Assembly: GCA_008632985.1 (NCBI GenBank)
Contig: QPGO01000017.1
Location: 372,001-436,000 of the forward strand
Direction: 5' to 3'
Source of the DNA: Psammoneis japonica
Lineage: Eukaryota
Length of the DNA: 64,000 bases
The notes below the pieces were generated by a model. It saw only the letters and a program-made list of their open reading frames with translations, was not told the origin of the DNA and searched no databases. The position numbers and the translations under genes were made by a program. This document shows positions 35,244-46,700 of the stretch, in pieces (position 1 is the first letter of the stretch; each line of letters begins with the position of its first letter).

Positions 35244-37030
35244 AAACAAACTGCATGGACCAGCACAAGTGTGAAAATTTTGTTCTCAATGACAGCACAT
35301 TTGCATCAAATTGTGGTCAACTTTGACCTGACAAAAGACTCATTTGGGTCAACTCAAATCATTCAAAAATTCACAAGCAGATGTGATCAAATTTTTTCAA
35401 AATGGCCACTTACAAAATGGTGCAGACAATGATCACCCAGGCCAACTGGCTTGGCTGCAAAGCAAGAAAAGATCTTTGCCACCACACAAAATGACACAAA
35501 TTGCAGGATGTGTCCAAGCACAACACAAACAATGACAAAGTTGCAGGAAAACACCATCAACGGCCCGGGAATCCAGACACACCAACAAAGAAAAACTGTG
35601 GGAAAGGTGAGAGATCAGAAGTGCCACGCAGGAGCAGGCTGCTTGGCTTGGACCAAACCACAACAAACCAGTGCACTTGCACTGCAACTTTCTGTCTTGA
35701 AACTCAGACACACATTGACAAAAGCAGCCAAGGATGATTGCAGCTGCTGAGACAATGCTGCAAACATGCAAGTCAAAACAAAAGTGTTGTGTGGAAGTGA
35801 GCTCCTTCCAGCAAACCACAACAAGCTGATGCTTGCACTGCAGCAACTTTCTTTCTGGAAACTGAGCAAGACAAAGTGAAAGAAGCAGGGCCAAGGAAAA
35901 AACATTGTGCCAAGCTCAGCACTTGCCAAACAACACAGTGCCAGCTTGCCATTTCTTTGCTCTCTGCCAACCAGAATTGCTGCCCCCACTGACAAGACAA
36001 GCACAATGACAAAGGACCAGTGGACATTGGCTTCAAGAAACAGAGAGACTGTGGGCAACAAAATGACAAACAAGAAAAGACAGCATGTGACAAACACTGC
36101 ACAATGGAAAGCAACATCATTGGAGCTGACAACAGAACAATTGTTGTCAGATCACACACAACAAGCAGCGACCATCAACAAGAATGACTTGGATGTGCAG
36201 AACCAAGGCCAAACATCTCAATGAATGAGCACTCATGGGCACTTGTCAAGAGCCAATGTCACTTGACAAGAGCAATTTGATGAAGGCAGCCAGACTCTGG
36301 AGCTGCTGTTTCTTGCTTTGCGCAAGGGAGTGGCTGTTGATGGTGTTTCATTTGCTGTTGTTGCAACACAATGAAGTGCAAGAATCAGCTGCAGAACCAA
36401 GCATTTTTGGCATCCTTTCCTGCTTTGCACAAGGGAACAATTTTGTCAAAAAGCCTTCATCAACTTGACAAGAACACTGGGTGGATCACATTTTTCCAAA
36501 ACCCCAACACAAAACTTGTGCCTGTTTTGTTGGTTGTGTTGTCATTGCATGTTCTTGTCCTTTCTGTCATTTGCAGTGCACTTTTTTGCCATTTTTTTTT
36601 CACTTGTTCAACATCAGCCACGCATGCTGCCACACAGAGCCAGCCAGCAATTTGATGAGAGAGCACAAGTCAGCCCCAACACAACTTGCAGAAGCAACAA
36701 CAATGTCCACTGCTGCCAGCCACTGTCCCCAGCAAGAATGTCACTGTGGTGTGCCTTGCTTTTCACTGGAAAGAGTGCAGCTCTTTTGCCAGCTTCGCAG
36801 TTGCTCCACAGACATGTTTTCCTGTGCTGCACTTGTGCTGCAAAATGCAAGGTTCTTGACCTCCATTGATGTTCACCCTCCATTTGAAGAGGATCATCCA
36901 GGGACTGTCTTCCCCCCTGTCCCCAATTGGCCAAACAAAAACGTGAAGGGGGTCATGATGTGTTTTGCGTGTGTCGGGGTGTCTCCACACATCCTTGCTT
37001 TTTGCCCACATGCAGCCGTCTGCCAGTCAG
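35244..37030. repeat. Unclassified TpA-depleted repeat relic
   Basis: Same composition as the adjacent element; no recognised domain. Normal composition resumes at about 37035. Confidence 0.6.
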
Positions 37031-37248
37031 CCGGTAGGCCTCTGGTGATGACGTATCTACTGTATCTCCGACGCACGCACGCCATAGGCTCTTGAACTTG
37101 AGCCTATGCGCACGCCGCTTCATTTTATTTTTGTGTGTGTGCAAAAATATGTGTTGAGTGTTGAACCCTCGTTTGATGAACCCTCGCAGTCTATCTACGA
37201 TCTACCTGAGTGAATGAACTTTGTTCTCATTTTTGAGTGTAGTTGAAA

Positions 37249-39060
37249 ATGGTCCCCAAAAGAATACCGGCCATGACGGCGTTGCTGCTCTTATCTTTCT
37301 CGATATCGGGACAAAGTGCGTTTTCGCCTCGACCAACGTTTCAGTCCGCCTGCAAAACAGTCTCGACCAGGTCATCGCCTCTTTCGTCATCAAGCAATAG
37401 CGAAGATGCTACGGATGGAAACGATGATGGACCGCACTCAGCAGAGTCTGTGCCCAGAGGTGGGGGCGAATCTACAAGCCTGCCGCGATCACTTCCAAGC
37501 ATGCCAACCATGGCACAATATCGAAAGTTTGCCTTGCCTTGTTTGGGGCTGTGGGTCTCGGGACCTCTTCTCTCGTTGGTAGACACGTCTTTTGTCGGTT
37601 TGTCCGGGGCGTCTGGCTCGTCAGCCACACAATTGGCTGCTCTGGGACCAGCCACAACTTTCTTTGACGGCGCTACCTATCTTTTTGCTTTTCTAAATGT
37701 AGCCACGACAAACTTGTATGCTTCTGCGAGAGCGCAGGCGGGTGAAGAAAGCGCCAAGGCAGAAGGGGTCGTTCGGACAGCGGCCAAGGTTGCGTGTCTC
37801 TGTGGGCTAGGGCTATTTGCATTTTTAATGGCCTTTACGCGGCCACTCTTGGCGTTGTATATTGGTACGTATAAAGCTTGTTTCTCGAAGCATATACGCC
37901 GAGAGAATGGCAACCTCTTACAGTACTGTTGTATCAATAAAATAGGGAAAAAGGCTGCTGAGACACCAATGTTGCTGGATTCCGCTGTGGACTACGTTCG
38001 AATTCGAGCGTTGTCCATGCCCACGTCTCTGCTGATGGGAGTTCTGCAGGCCGCTCTACTTGGTTCGAAAGACGCCGTAACTCCGTTGATTGCTGTGCTT
38101 TATGCGACCTTTACCAACTGTTTGGGTGACTTCCTGTTGATTAACAAGCTCAAAATGGGCTTGAAAGGAGCAGCTATTGCTACCACTCTTGCACAGTGGG
38201 CATCGACATACGCAATCATTGGTCCGTCAAAGAAGAAACTATTGCATGGAAAGTCTTTCTTTCTTCCTCGCGACGAATCCAATCAACTGAAAGAAAAAGG
38301 AGGGACTTCATCTCGATCGTTCTTGGCGTTTGCTGCTCCTGTCTTGACACTCATTTTGGGAAAACTCGCTGCTTTCGGGTTCATGACGCATGTGGCGGCT
38401 GCCTTAAAAGGACAACCCACAACGCTGGCTTCGCATCAGATTATCTTGTCACTCTTCTTCTTCGTCAGTCCCTTTATGGAAGTAATAAGTCAAACCGCGC
38501 AAACATTTTTGCCTCCGTTCCTTGCACCAGTAAATGATTACATTGCCGGTATGACAAAGAGAAACGCGGATTTCGATATCGATAAAGACGAGAAGGCAAA
38601 GGAGTGGCTCTCAGCGGCGTATTCCGTCTCTACGAGCCTTCTCGGTATTGGATTAATGTCCGCATCAGTCGTTGCTACATTAGCGTCATTAATACCAGCT
38701 TTTTTTGCCGGTACACTCACCTCGGATGAGACCGTCAAGACGGCCGTGAAACCGCTCGCTCGCTATTTGTGGGCGGGAGCCTTTTTGACTGCTCCCGTTG
38801 CAGTATCAGAAGGTGTGCTGCTCGCACGAAGGGAGCTCAAGTACCTCGCCACGGTCTACGTGGTAAGCACTGCATTGCTTCCGACTGCCCTTTTACGAAT
38901 CAAACATCAAGGTGGCCTCGTCGTTGAGGTGTGGGCATGCTTTGCCGTCTTCCAATTGTTTCGCACCGTTTGTTTCGCAGGGCGAATCTGGGGTCCGAGT
39001 ATCTTGAAGAAGATCGGCGGTATATTCAAGAAAGAAGGCGCATCCGTTAAGGCGTCGTAG
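37249..39060 (+). CDS. MATE-family transporter with probable plastid-targeting presequence, 2 exons
   Basis: [59 protein letters not shown]. Signal peptide followed by QSA|FSP. In-frame 81-nt intron 37865-37945. Start 37249 or 37273. Confidence 0.9.
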   Translation: MVPKRIPAMTALLLLSFSISGQSAFSPRPTFQSACKTVSTRSSPLSSSSNSEDATDGNDDGPHSAESVPRGGGESTSLPRSLPSMPTMAQYRKFALPCLGLWVSGPLLSLVDTSFVGLSGASGSSATQLAALGPATTFFDGATYLFAFLNVATTNLYASARAQAGEESAKAEGVVRTAAKVACLCGLGLFAFLMAFTRPLLALYIGTYKACFSKHIRRENGNLLQYCCINKIGKKAAETPMLLDSAVDYVRIRALSMPTSLLMGVLQAALLGSKDAVTPLIAVLYATFTNCLGDFLLINKLKMGLKGAAIATTLAQWASTYAIIGPSKKKLLHGKSFFLPRDESNQLKEKGGTSSRSFLAFAAPVLTLILGKLAAFGFMTHVAAALKGQPTTLASHQIILSLFFFVSPFMEVISQTAQTFLPPFLAPVNDYIAGMTKRNADFDIDKDEKAKEWLSAAYSVSTSLLGIGLMSASVVATLASLIPAFFAGTLTSDETVKTAVKPLARYLWAGAFLTAPVAVSEGVLLARRELKYLATVYVVSTALLPTALLRIKHQGGLVVEVWACFAVFQLFRTVCFAGRIWGPSILKKIGGIFKKEGASVKAS

Positions 39061-39670
39061 CCTTTGTCGACTTTTTTAAAATAGAGAAAGGGTATGCAGT
39101 CTCGAAGAGTGCTGTTTTGACGAGAAATCAAAACCATTCTCCGCTCACTTTTGCTCGCCAAAGAGCGTACTGTAGTGAGAGAAATGTTGAAAGCTCTACT
39201 TATAGGTGCATGGCATATTTTGGTCGAGTCGATAGAGAGGGAGAAAGTATCAGAGGTAGCTTTGCGACGTTAATGAAATCCACGGCATTTACTTGCGATT
39301 TCAAGACAGATTTAAGATTTAGACGGAAGATATTCACCGAGTTTCAAGGAAGCCCGCGTCTGCTCAAGGCAGAATAAGGATGACTAGATGGTTGAAGATC
39401 ATGAAAAATTAAGCTTTTCAACAAGAACGCAGCGAGTCAACACACGTAAGACTGACTGTACCTCAGGATAAATGTGAAGAAAAACGGCTTTACTCATAGC
39501 AATCTCGTAAATATTATTATGTTGAGCGTCTTCATCCGTGAAGGTCGTGTTGCTTCTGCAACAATTGCGATGTCGGTATACTACTCTCCAGTCGTTCGGG
39601 TCCACCGTAAAGCACATTCAGGATCAAGTTGCATTTGTCGAAAGTCACTCTTTCCGGCAGGTCTCGCATC

Positions 39671-40426
39671 CTAAAACTTAAATTTAACGCGCGGATCGCG
39701 ATCAATGTTTTCGTAAAGAACATAGAGCATTTCAGCGCTCTTGACTGGCGCCTTGACAGTGACTGAAGTCCATTTGCCCATGACACGAGTGGTGTAGCTA
39801 ACGGTCTTCGAGCTAACCTCACAGCTCTCTGCAACTACTTGAACAACATCAGTGACAAAGGATCCCTCATTTGCTCCAACGATTTTCATCGTAAAGTCAC
39901 AAGGATATTCCACTAACGCCTCAAAAACGCGTTTCTTCTCTCCAGTCTCTTCGTTCGTGTAAACTGTATACCCTTGATCGTCGTATTCTGGGTTGCTAAT
40001 GTCGTTCACTGGTTTGTCAGGCACACCTAGGCTGACAAACGGTTTTTTCTGGGCTGGTGGCTTCGATCCTTTTTGAGGTTTTCCAAACCCGATCGCCTTT
40101 GTCGGAACTCCGTTGATAGTTGATGGGGTCGATGCCTTTGGGGGCGCTCGTCTTTGGCGAATGAGCTCCTGTACACTCTCGTCGAAATCGAAAGCATCGC
40201 CAGAGCTGTCACTTGAACTACTAGCTTCTGGCGAATTCTCTTCCTTGTCATCATCGTTATTTTCTGGAATTGGATTGAAGAAAGAACCTGCTACGCCGTC
40301 ATTGGATGCCATGAACGGCCCGACAATTTTTCGTCGCGACGTGGAGGTACTTGACGTGAAGGCACCAGCGGAGCTCAAGAGGCCCAGGAGGACTACCGAA
40401 ATTGATATTGTACGCCACCAAGACAT
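39671..40426 (-). CDS. DUF493/YbeD-like domain protein, probable plastid presequence
   Basis: C-terminal LVEYPCDFTMKIVG..GKWTSVTV..VKSAEMLYVLYENIDRDPRVKF; signal peptide followed by AGA|FTS. Confidence 0.85.
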   Translation of the reverse strand: MSWWRTISISVVLLGLLSSAGAFTSSTSTSRRKIVGPFMASNDGVAGSFFNPIPENNDDDKEENSPEASSSSDSSGDAFDFDESVQELIRQRRAPPKASTPSTINGVPTKAIGFGKPQKGSKPPAQKKPFVSLGVPDKPVNDISNPEYDDQGYTVYTNEETGEKKRVFEALVEYPCDFTMKIVGANEGSFVTDVVQVVAESCEVSSKTVSYTTRVMGKWTSVTVKAPVKSAEMLYVLYENIDRDPRVKFKF

Positions 40427-40739
40427 TGTCGTTGCTTTCAAGAAGGATTATTGCATAGAAAGAAGCTGCGGTGTACTGTAGCGTCCTGTCCGAAAGCGAT
40501 GTTTTAAGTGTGCACAGCAGATGAAAGACAGCAGACAGCAGGTGGATGGGTGGTTGAAATTCCGATGTGCAGAATTTTCGAAATAAATCGCAAACCAAAA
40601 CGCCACGACACGTCACATCAATTACCGTAGCCTAGGCACCTACGGTAGCGATTGACTGGCGTCATTCAGTCACTCGTTGATTTCCACGAGTTCCCTTCCC
40701 ACGACCGACCCAGCAATGTCTACCGGTGCCGGTACGACT

Positions 40740-43700
40740 GACATCAAACCGCGCGAAACAGCATTGGACAGTGTTGTTCCATGCGGCGCGCTTGCGCTTG
40801 CCATTGATTTTTCTTGATTGCACCACAGGAGAGCCAGAGTTGCCATGTCAGTCAATTTGGTGAGCTTGAGCTGACAAAAGCCTTTCAGGACCAGGCATTC
40901 TTGATGGTCAATGGCTCTCTTGCTGAGTGGCTTTTTTGTTGCTTTTGCTGCCTGAACGAAGCCCTGCCCCCACCCCAGCTGGGAAGTCTGCAAGTGGCAC
41001 TGAAGAGGGAAAGAGAAGACCTCCCATGGGTCGCAACACATCACTTGTTCGGTGCCAAGACAGTGGGCCCAGCACAAGGAGAGGACACCTTGTGGGTGGC
41101 TGTGCTCTCAGTGGAATCACCACGCAACGCGACAGCAGCGCACAGCATGAGGCAGACAGACGAAGGACGATGATGAGAGGCTGCCCCAGTTCCCCCCATT
41201 GTGTTTGACAGACTGCTGGTGATGATGGGATTGGTTGCATCAACCCAACATGGCCCAACGGTGCTGAAACATTGCTCATGCCGAGTGGCATGCCTCGTGC
41301 AATTGCCCACAATGTGCATTGTGCCAGTTGGTGCAGCGGGCTGGCTTGATCATCTTGATGTCAGCGCCTGTGACACCACAATTAATCAGCCATCATCTTG
41401 GGTCTTGAGAGATTCCACAAGCCAAGCTGATTGCTCATAATGCCTGTGCCACTCTTGCTGCTTCTGACTTGTTTCATCAGAGTGCGAAAAATGCAGTTCG
41501 GCGATTTGTTTTGGCAGGCTGGGAACATTTCCTGCCACCACAAATGCACCCTCTTTGATCACACTGGATCCAGATGGCCTCCACATGCCAGTTGATTGGA
41601 GCCACAGTGAGATCAACCTTGTTTCTCTGATCTAAACATCAGAATGCAAGCCCACTGTCAAAACAGCCTGACACTGTTCAGGTCCATCTCCCTGCAACTG
41701 TCAGGTTGCTCTGCAAATTGGCCTCTGCATCGCATCTCTCTCTTTCTTCTCATCCGCCATTTTGCAGGCATCAGATCTCACATCTGTTCAACATGTGTTC
41801 ATGAAGAAAATTCATTGTGACCATTGCAACAGTTTCACATGAAACATTTTCACGCCACATTGTGCTCCAAACATGCTCTGTCTTCAGATGTTTAAGAGAG
41901 GACATTTCTCCTCACAACCATCTTGACGAAATGCCACACACAAACTCTGATGTCACTTTGTGTGCATCTTCAAACATGTCTCTCAGATCCAGGAGTTTCT
42001 ACAAATGTTTGATCCCTGATGCAGCTGGCAGTTCATCCACACATTCTGTGGTCCCCTGCGGGAAAAATCGCAACCACAACTTTCTGAGATTTCAAATCTC
42101 TCAGGACAGAACCATGTTTTGCCTCCATTTTCTTTCTGTTCATCAAAATTTTGAACTGCTCTGCACAGCTCTCAGTCTTGCAAAGCCTTGATCACATGAC
42201 TCTGATCATGTGAGGCCATTTCCTCAGACTTGCTCTAACTTTCTGGCACAATTTCTGTGGCATTTTATGCCGAATCTCTCATCGCAAACCTCATGAATTT
42301 CTCTCCCACAAAACTGCAGTTTTGCCTTTTTGTTCACCTGCCTTTCAAGCCTTCTCTCTGTCTCCCATCCTGCCATGGCTGCCAATGTGCTTGCCACTGT
42401 CAAGCATGGCAAAGCCTCCCCCCATCAAGCGTCACTCCAATTTTGGTCCATTGAGCTTTGGGAGCCTGAGATTCAAAGAGGACTCCAGCTGCACTCGGAT
42501 TCTCCAGGCCATGTCATGATAAATTCATTGGAATTTGTTGTTTCCATTCTCATCCTGGCTGGTGTTGTCACCTTCATGGAGTCCATTGATGAACCACCAG
42601 ACCCAGATTTGGTCATGGCTCTCTTCTCCCATGTCACCACCCCAGAGAACTTGTTTGTCAGGATGCAGAGCAACAACATTGTCAGCATTGTTGGCTGGCA
42701 AAACAGACACACTGCAAACTCTCTCCAAGGCCAGCAGCTTCTGCAAATTTGGCATGCATTGTGCACTTCTTGTGTTTGCCTTGGTCTCTGTGCTGGAGGC
42801 ATTCACTGGTCTGGCAACCAAGTGCAGCTGGCGGACAACACATCTCAACTGTTTGACCCTCACCTGCTTCATTCTGTCTGTGTTGCTCAGCATTGCAAGC
42901 ATCCTTTTCTGAGGACTTGGACCTTTTTCCAGCCAAGTCAAGAGCTGCTGCAACTGCTCTACTCTCATCTGTTCTCAGAGTTGCAGCCAGTCCCTGCAGA
43001 GACAACACAATGCTCAGGACAGCTCTCACACAAGATGCACCCACTGTTTCAAATTCACCAAGGACATCAAATGGGGCGCAGAGGGATGACCCAGAGATTC
43101 TCATGGAAAATCTTCTGGAGTGCCATTGCCAACTGCAACTTGCCATGTGTGCTGCTGTGCATGTTGCAACAGAAAGCAACTCCATTTTCTGCAAACAACT
43201 GAAAGCTGACTCTGTGTTTGGCCACACAAAAGATGTCGCTTCATTTGTCAAGTTGTTTGGCCATGGCCATGACTGTCATGATCACCCAACAGACACCAAG
43301 TGGGGCAAGTTGTTCCAAGACATCAAACATCAAGAAGGAACTCAAGTGATGTGACAAAGCTCTGAAGCATCATGAAGGACACAGTGGCAAGATGCTCCAG
43401 GAATCCAAGGCACATGTGGATGCAGCCCATGCTGAGGACCCTGACAGGCTTCTCTTTTCTGTTGCTGATTGGCATCAAGTGTGCCCATTTTGTGGTGCCC
43501 ATCTCCAAGAGTGGGTGCAGACACAGGGAAAATCCAACCCAGCTGGTCTCAATGTCAAAGGTGGCACTCATGCCTGGTGCCTCAACGATGTCTTGAGTTG
43601 AGACAACAAACTGTCAGCATCTCACTGGTGCTGACATTTTGTCAGCTCCAGTCTCCTCTGTCACCAAGATGTGGGTCCAATGGTGCACACAGAAGATTGG

Positions 43701-46700
43701 TCATTTTGGTGAGGAGAAATTGTTCCCTTTGAACCTTTGGATGGGCGGCCTTGACTTGGTCAAGCCCACGCACCATGTTGTTGAATGGTTTGTTCACATT
43801 CATGGCAAGGATGACACCACTGCTCCTGCTCTGTCCATCTGCAAGCCAGCTGGGCAGAACAAACTTCTCATTGCATCCAAAGAAGTTGAAAATGACATGC
43901 ATGAAGTCACCTCAAAAGTCCATCACCTCCACCCTGTCAGGGATGAAGAAGCACTCTTGCATTGGTCAGCTCATTCCCTTCACATTGGAGCCTGCATGGT
44001 GCTCCACCAAATGAATTTCAGTGCACAGTCCATCTGACAGATGCTGCAATGGAGGTCCATGGCTTTCTTGGTCTGCCTTGGGAATTCCACTCTCTTGGTG
44101 GATTGCCAACGCAGAGCTCTTGACTGCTCTACAGCCATGCCTCACCTTTTGTAAATTTTTTGAACTGTGTTTTAAAAAAAAATTGTTTGTTTGTTTGTCG
44201 TGCATGATGTGTTGATGTGGTTTTGATTCTCTGTTTTATCTGTGCTGACATCTGTCCTGATTGTGGTCTGCCTGTTGTGTGCAGATGCTGCTTCTGTGGT
44301 GTTGTTCCTGCCTGAATGTGATGGGGCAATTTGCACTGGTGTGAATGTGAAGAAGCCTCCACATGAGAAAGCCCCAACTAGATTGGTGGGTTTGCTGATG
44401 TCACGTGCATTCTTGAAGATGGACATGTCATTTACAACTCAGTTTGAGCTGCTCAACTGGTCTTGATTTTGGCTGAGCACCCACTGTCTCTTGTGGTTGG
44501 GTGTTCCAGCTCTGGTTTCAACTCCATTTTTTCTTTTTTCTGGCTGGCTCTGATGCCTCTGATGACACGGCACATGCGTTGCACTTCACACAATGCGTCG
44601 GCAGTGAGATGGTCTGTTGACACAGTGTTGGGGAACAAAATGGATGTAGCCAGATGTGCAGATTTGTTCAATGTTTCCTGGCTGCTGTCTCTCAGCAGCA
44701 CTGCACAAACACACATGCTGGTGTGTGTTCTTTCCACACATTGGACACATTCATGTGTTGATTGTTGTGGCCATTCAGCAGCTTTCACTGTGTCATGTCA
44801 TTGGGGTTGCAGCCAAGCCAAGGCAGTGGTAGCAGGAAATCTGCGACTTGCACCAGTCCAACTCGCAAAGCTTGAAAAATTGCACCATGCAAATTTTTGG
44901 TTCCTGGCAGAAAAACAAAAAATCCACACAGAATTTGTGCAGCCACCATGGCGAATTTGCATCGCATCCACCGTGGTTCTCACCATTTTTCACAAGGTGA
45001 GTCACTCAGGACTCAGGGTGTTGTTGGCACATTTGTCTGTGGCACCATCATGTGTTGGTGCAATTTTGACAAGTGCTGCTCCATGCAAGAAAATTGATTT
45101 TGATTCCTTTGGTGTGTGAGTCTGCTGTTGTTGTTGTCGTTCCAGGTTCCAGCATGTTTTGACAAGTTTGTCATCATTTCCCTCCTCTCAGCCCTTGACC
45201 TGTGTCTCACTCAACAAACATGGGTGAAAGGTGCTGATGTGTGGGGCATGCCTTTGGAGTGTTTGAGACAAGCTCTGGATGTTGCGGCTTGTGGTTGGTG
45301 TGTTTCCACAAGATGTTGGTGGTCCGGCACTTGTTCTGTTTGTTTCTTGGTCCACACACAGATTCTTCCCCACCAAAGGGCCTTGCACTCTACTTTGTCA
45401 AATGCGTTGATGATGACACAAGCAGCGGAGTTCATGGAGGTTGTTCTTTTTGCTCTTGTCCTTCCCAAGCTGTGACAATTAAAAAAAAAAAACAGGACAA
45501 TGACCACCATTTGGCATCCTTGATGTTCTGTGGTGGAGCGTTGTGTTGAGCATCCTTGCCACATTGTCTCACCATGGGCAAGTGCCATCATGGATCCAGC
45601 AATCACACCATCCATTTCATTCACCCCCCATTGAACCATCTCTTCCAAACTGCAGAGCATCCACAGGTGTGCCCTTGGGATGCTGACGTTGTCCAGCATG
45701 CAACATTTGCAAACTGCCAAGATCCAAGCATTGCAACTCATGCAATGTCTGTGTTTCTCATGATTTGATCAGCATGCACATCTCATTGTTGGGGTCTGGC
45801 TTTTGCAAATGACAATGTCTCCATGCATTTCATTCAGTCATTTTCTCTTTTTCTTGCAGTCACTGTCCTTGGGTTGGCAACTGCACCTGTGAAAGCAATC
45901 ACCAACTCTTGTTTTTCTCTTTGTAAAATGTCCATTCTTGGAGCTGACCATTCTGGTTGGGACTTCACACATTCAGGTGTTGCTGGATGCTTTTGAACAA
46001 GAAATGGCAGAAAGCAATGGAGGGGCTGGGACCGGCGCCCTGAACACTGACACCTCGGATGGCATCAATTCTGGCACATTGTCTTGTCCATGCCACCAAT
46101 GGTGTTGCATGGGGTTTTGCCATGTGCTTTCTTTCTGCTGCTGCAGCAGAGTTGGTCGCTGCTTTTCAAATGTGCTTGCAATTCTGATGGTCTGCACGGT
46201 GGTCTGCCTTGTGGTTTTGCTGGCAACATTTGATTTGGAGAAGATTGGTGGCAGAAAGATCACCCCTGTGGGAAAGCCAAAGAGTCTTTTCACATTTTTT
46301 GTCTCTTTTTTAAGATTGGGCTCAGCTTTTTGCTTGTTTTGTTGTCTTTCAGACCTCCTTTTGACTTCAATCTTGTGGTGTTGACTCGCACTGAGTTTCC
46401 GGAGTTGTCACACTTCACACCAGTGTCAAGAGAACAAAAGCTCTGAAAGAGACCTTTCTTGTCTCTTTTGTCTCAATCATTTTTCCAGTTGAAAGAGATG
46501 GGTCCATGTTGTTTTGGATTGGCAGTGAGTGGGTGTGGCACTGAATGAAGTTCAAAAGCATGAAGCGATGAACCTTTGGCAGGAGTGTCCCTTTGTAACA
46601 TTGGGGTAGAGGGCAGATGTTTTGCACCAGGGCCACAGTGTGATTTGTGCAAGGCACACAGAAATCATGTAGAAATCTGTCTGTGCACCAGTTGGAACAA

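Noticed and set aside
37083..37108. Helitron 3' hairpin
   Set aside because: No CTRR terminus at the expected distance on either strand and no Rep/helicase remnant recognised.
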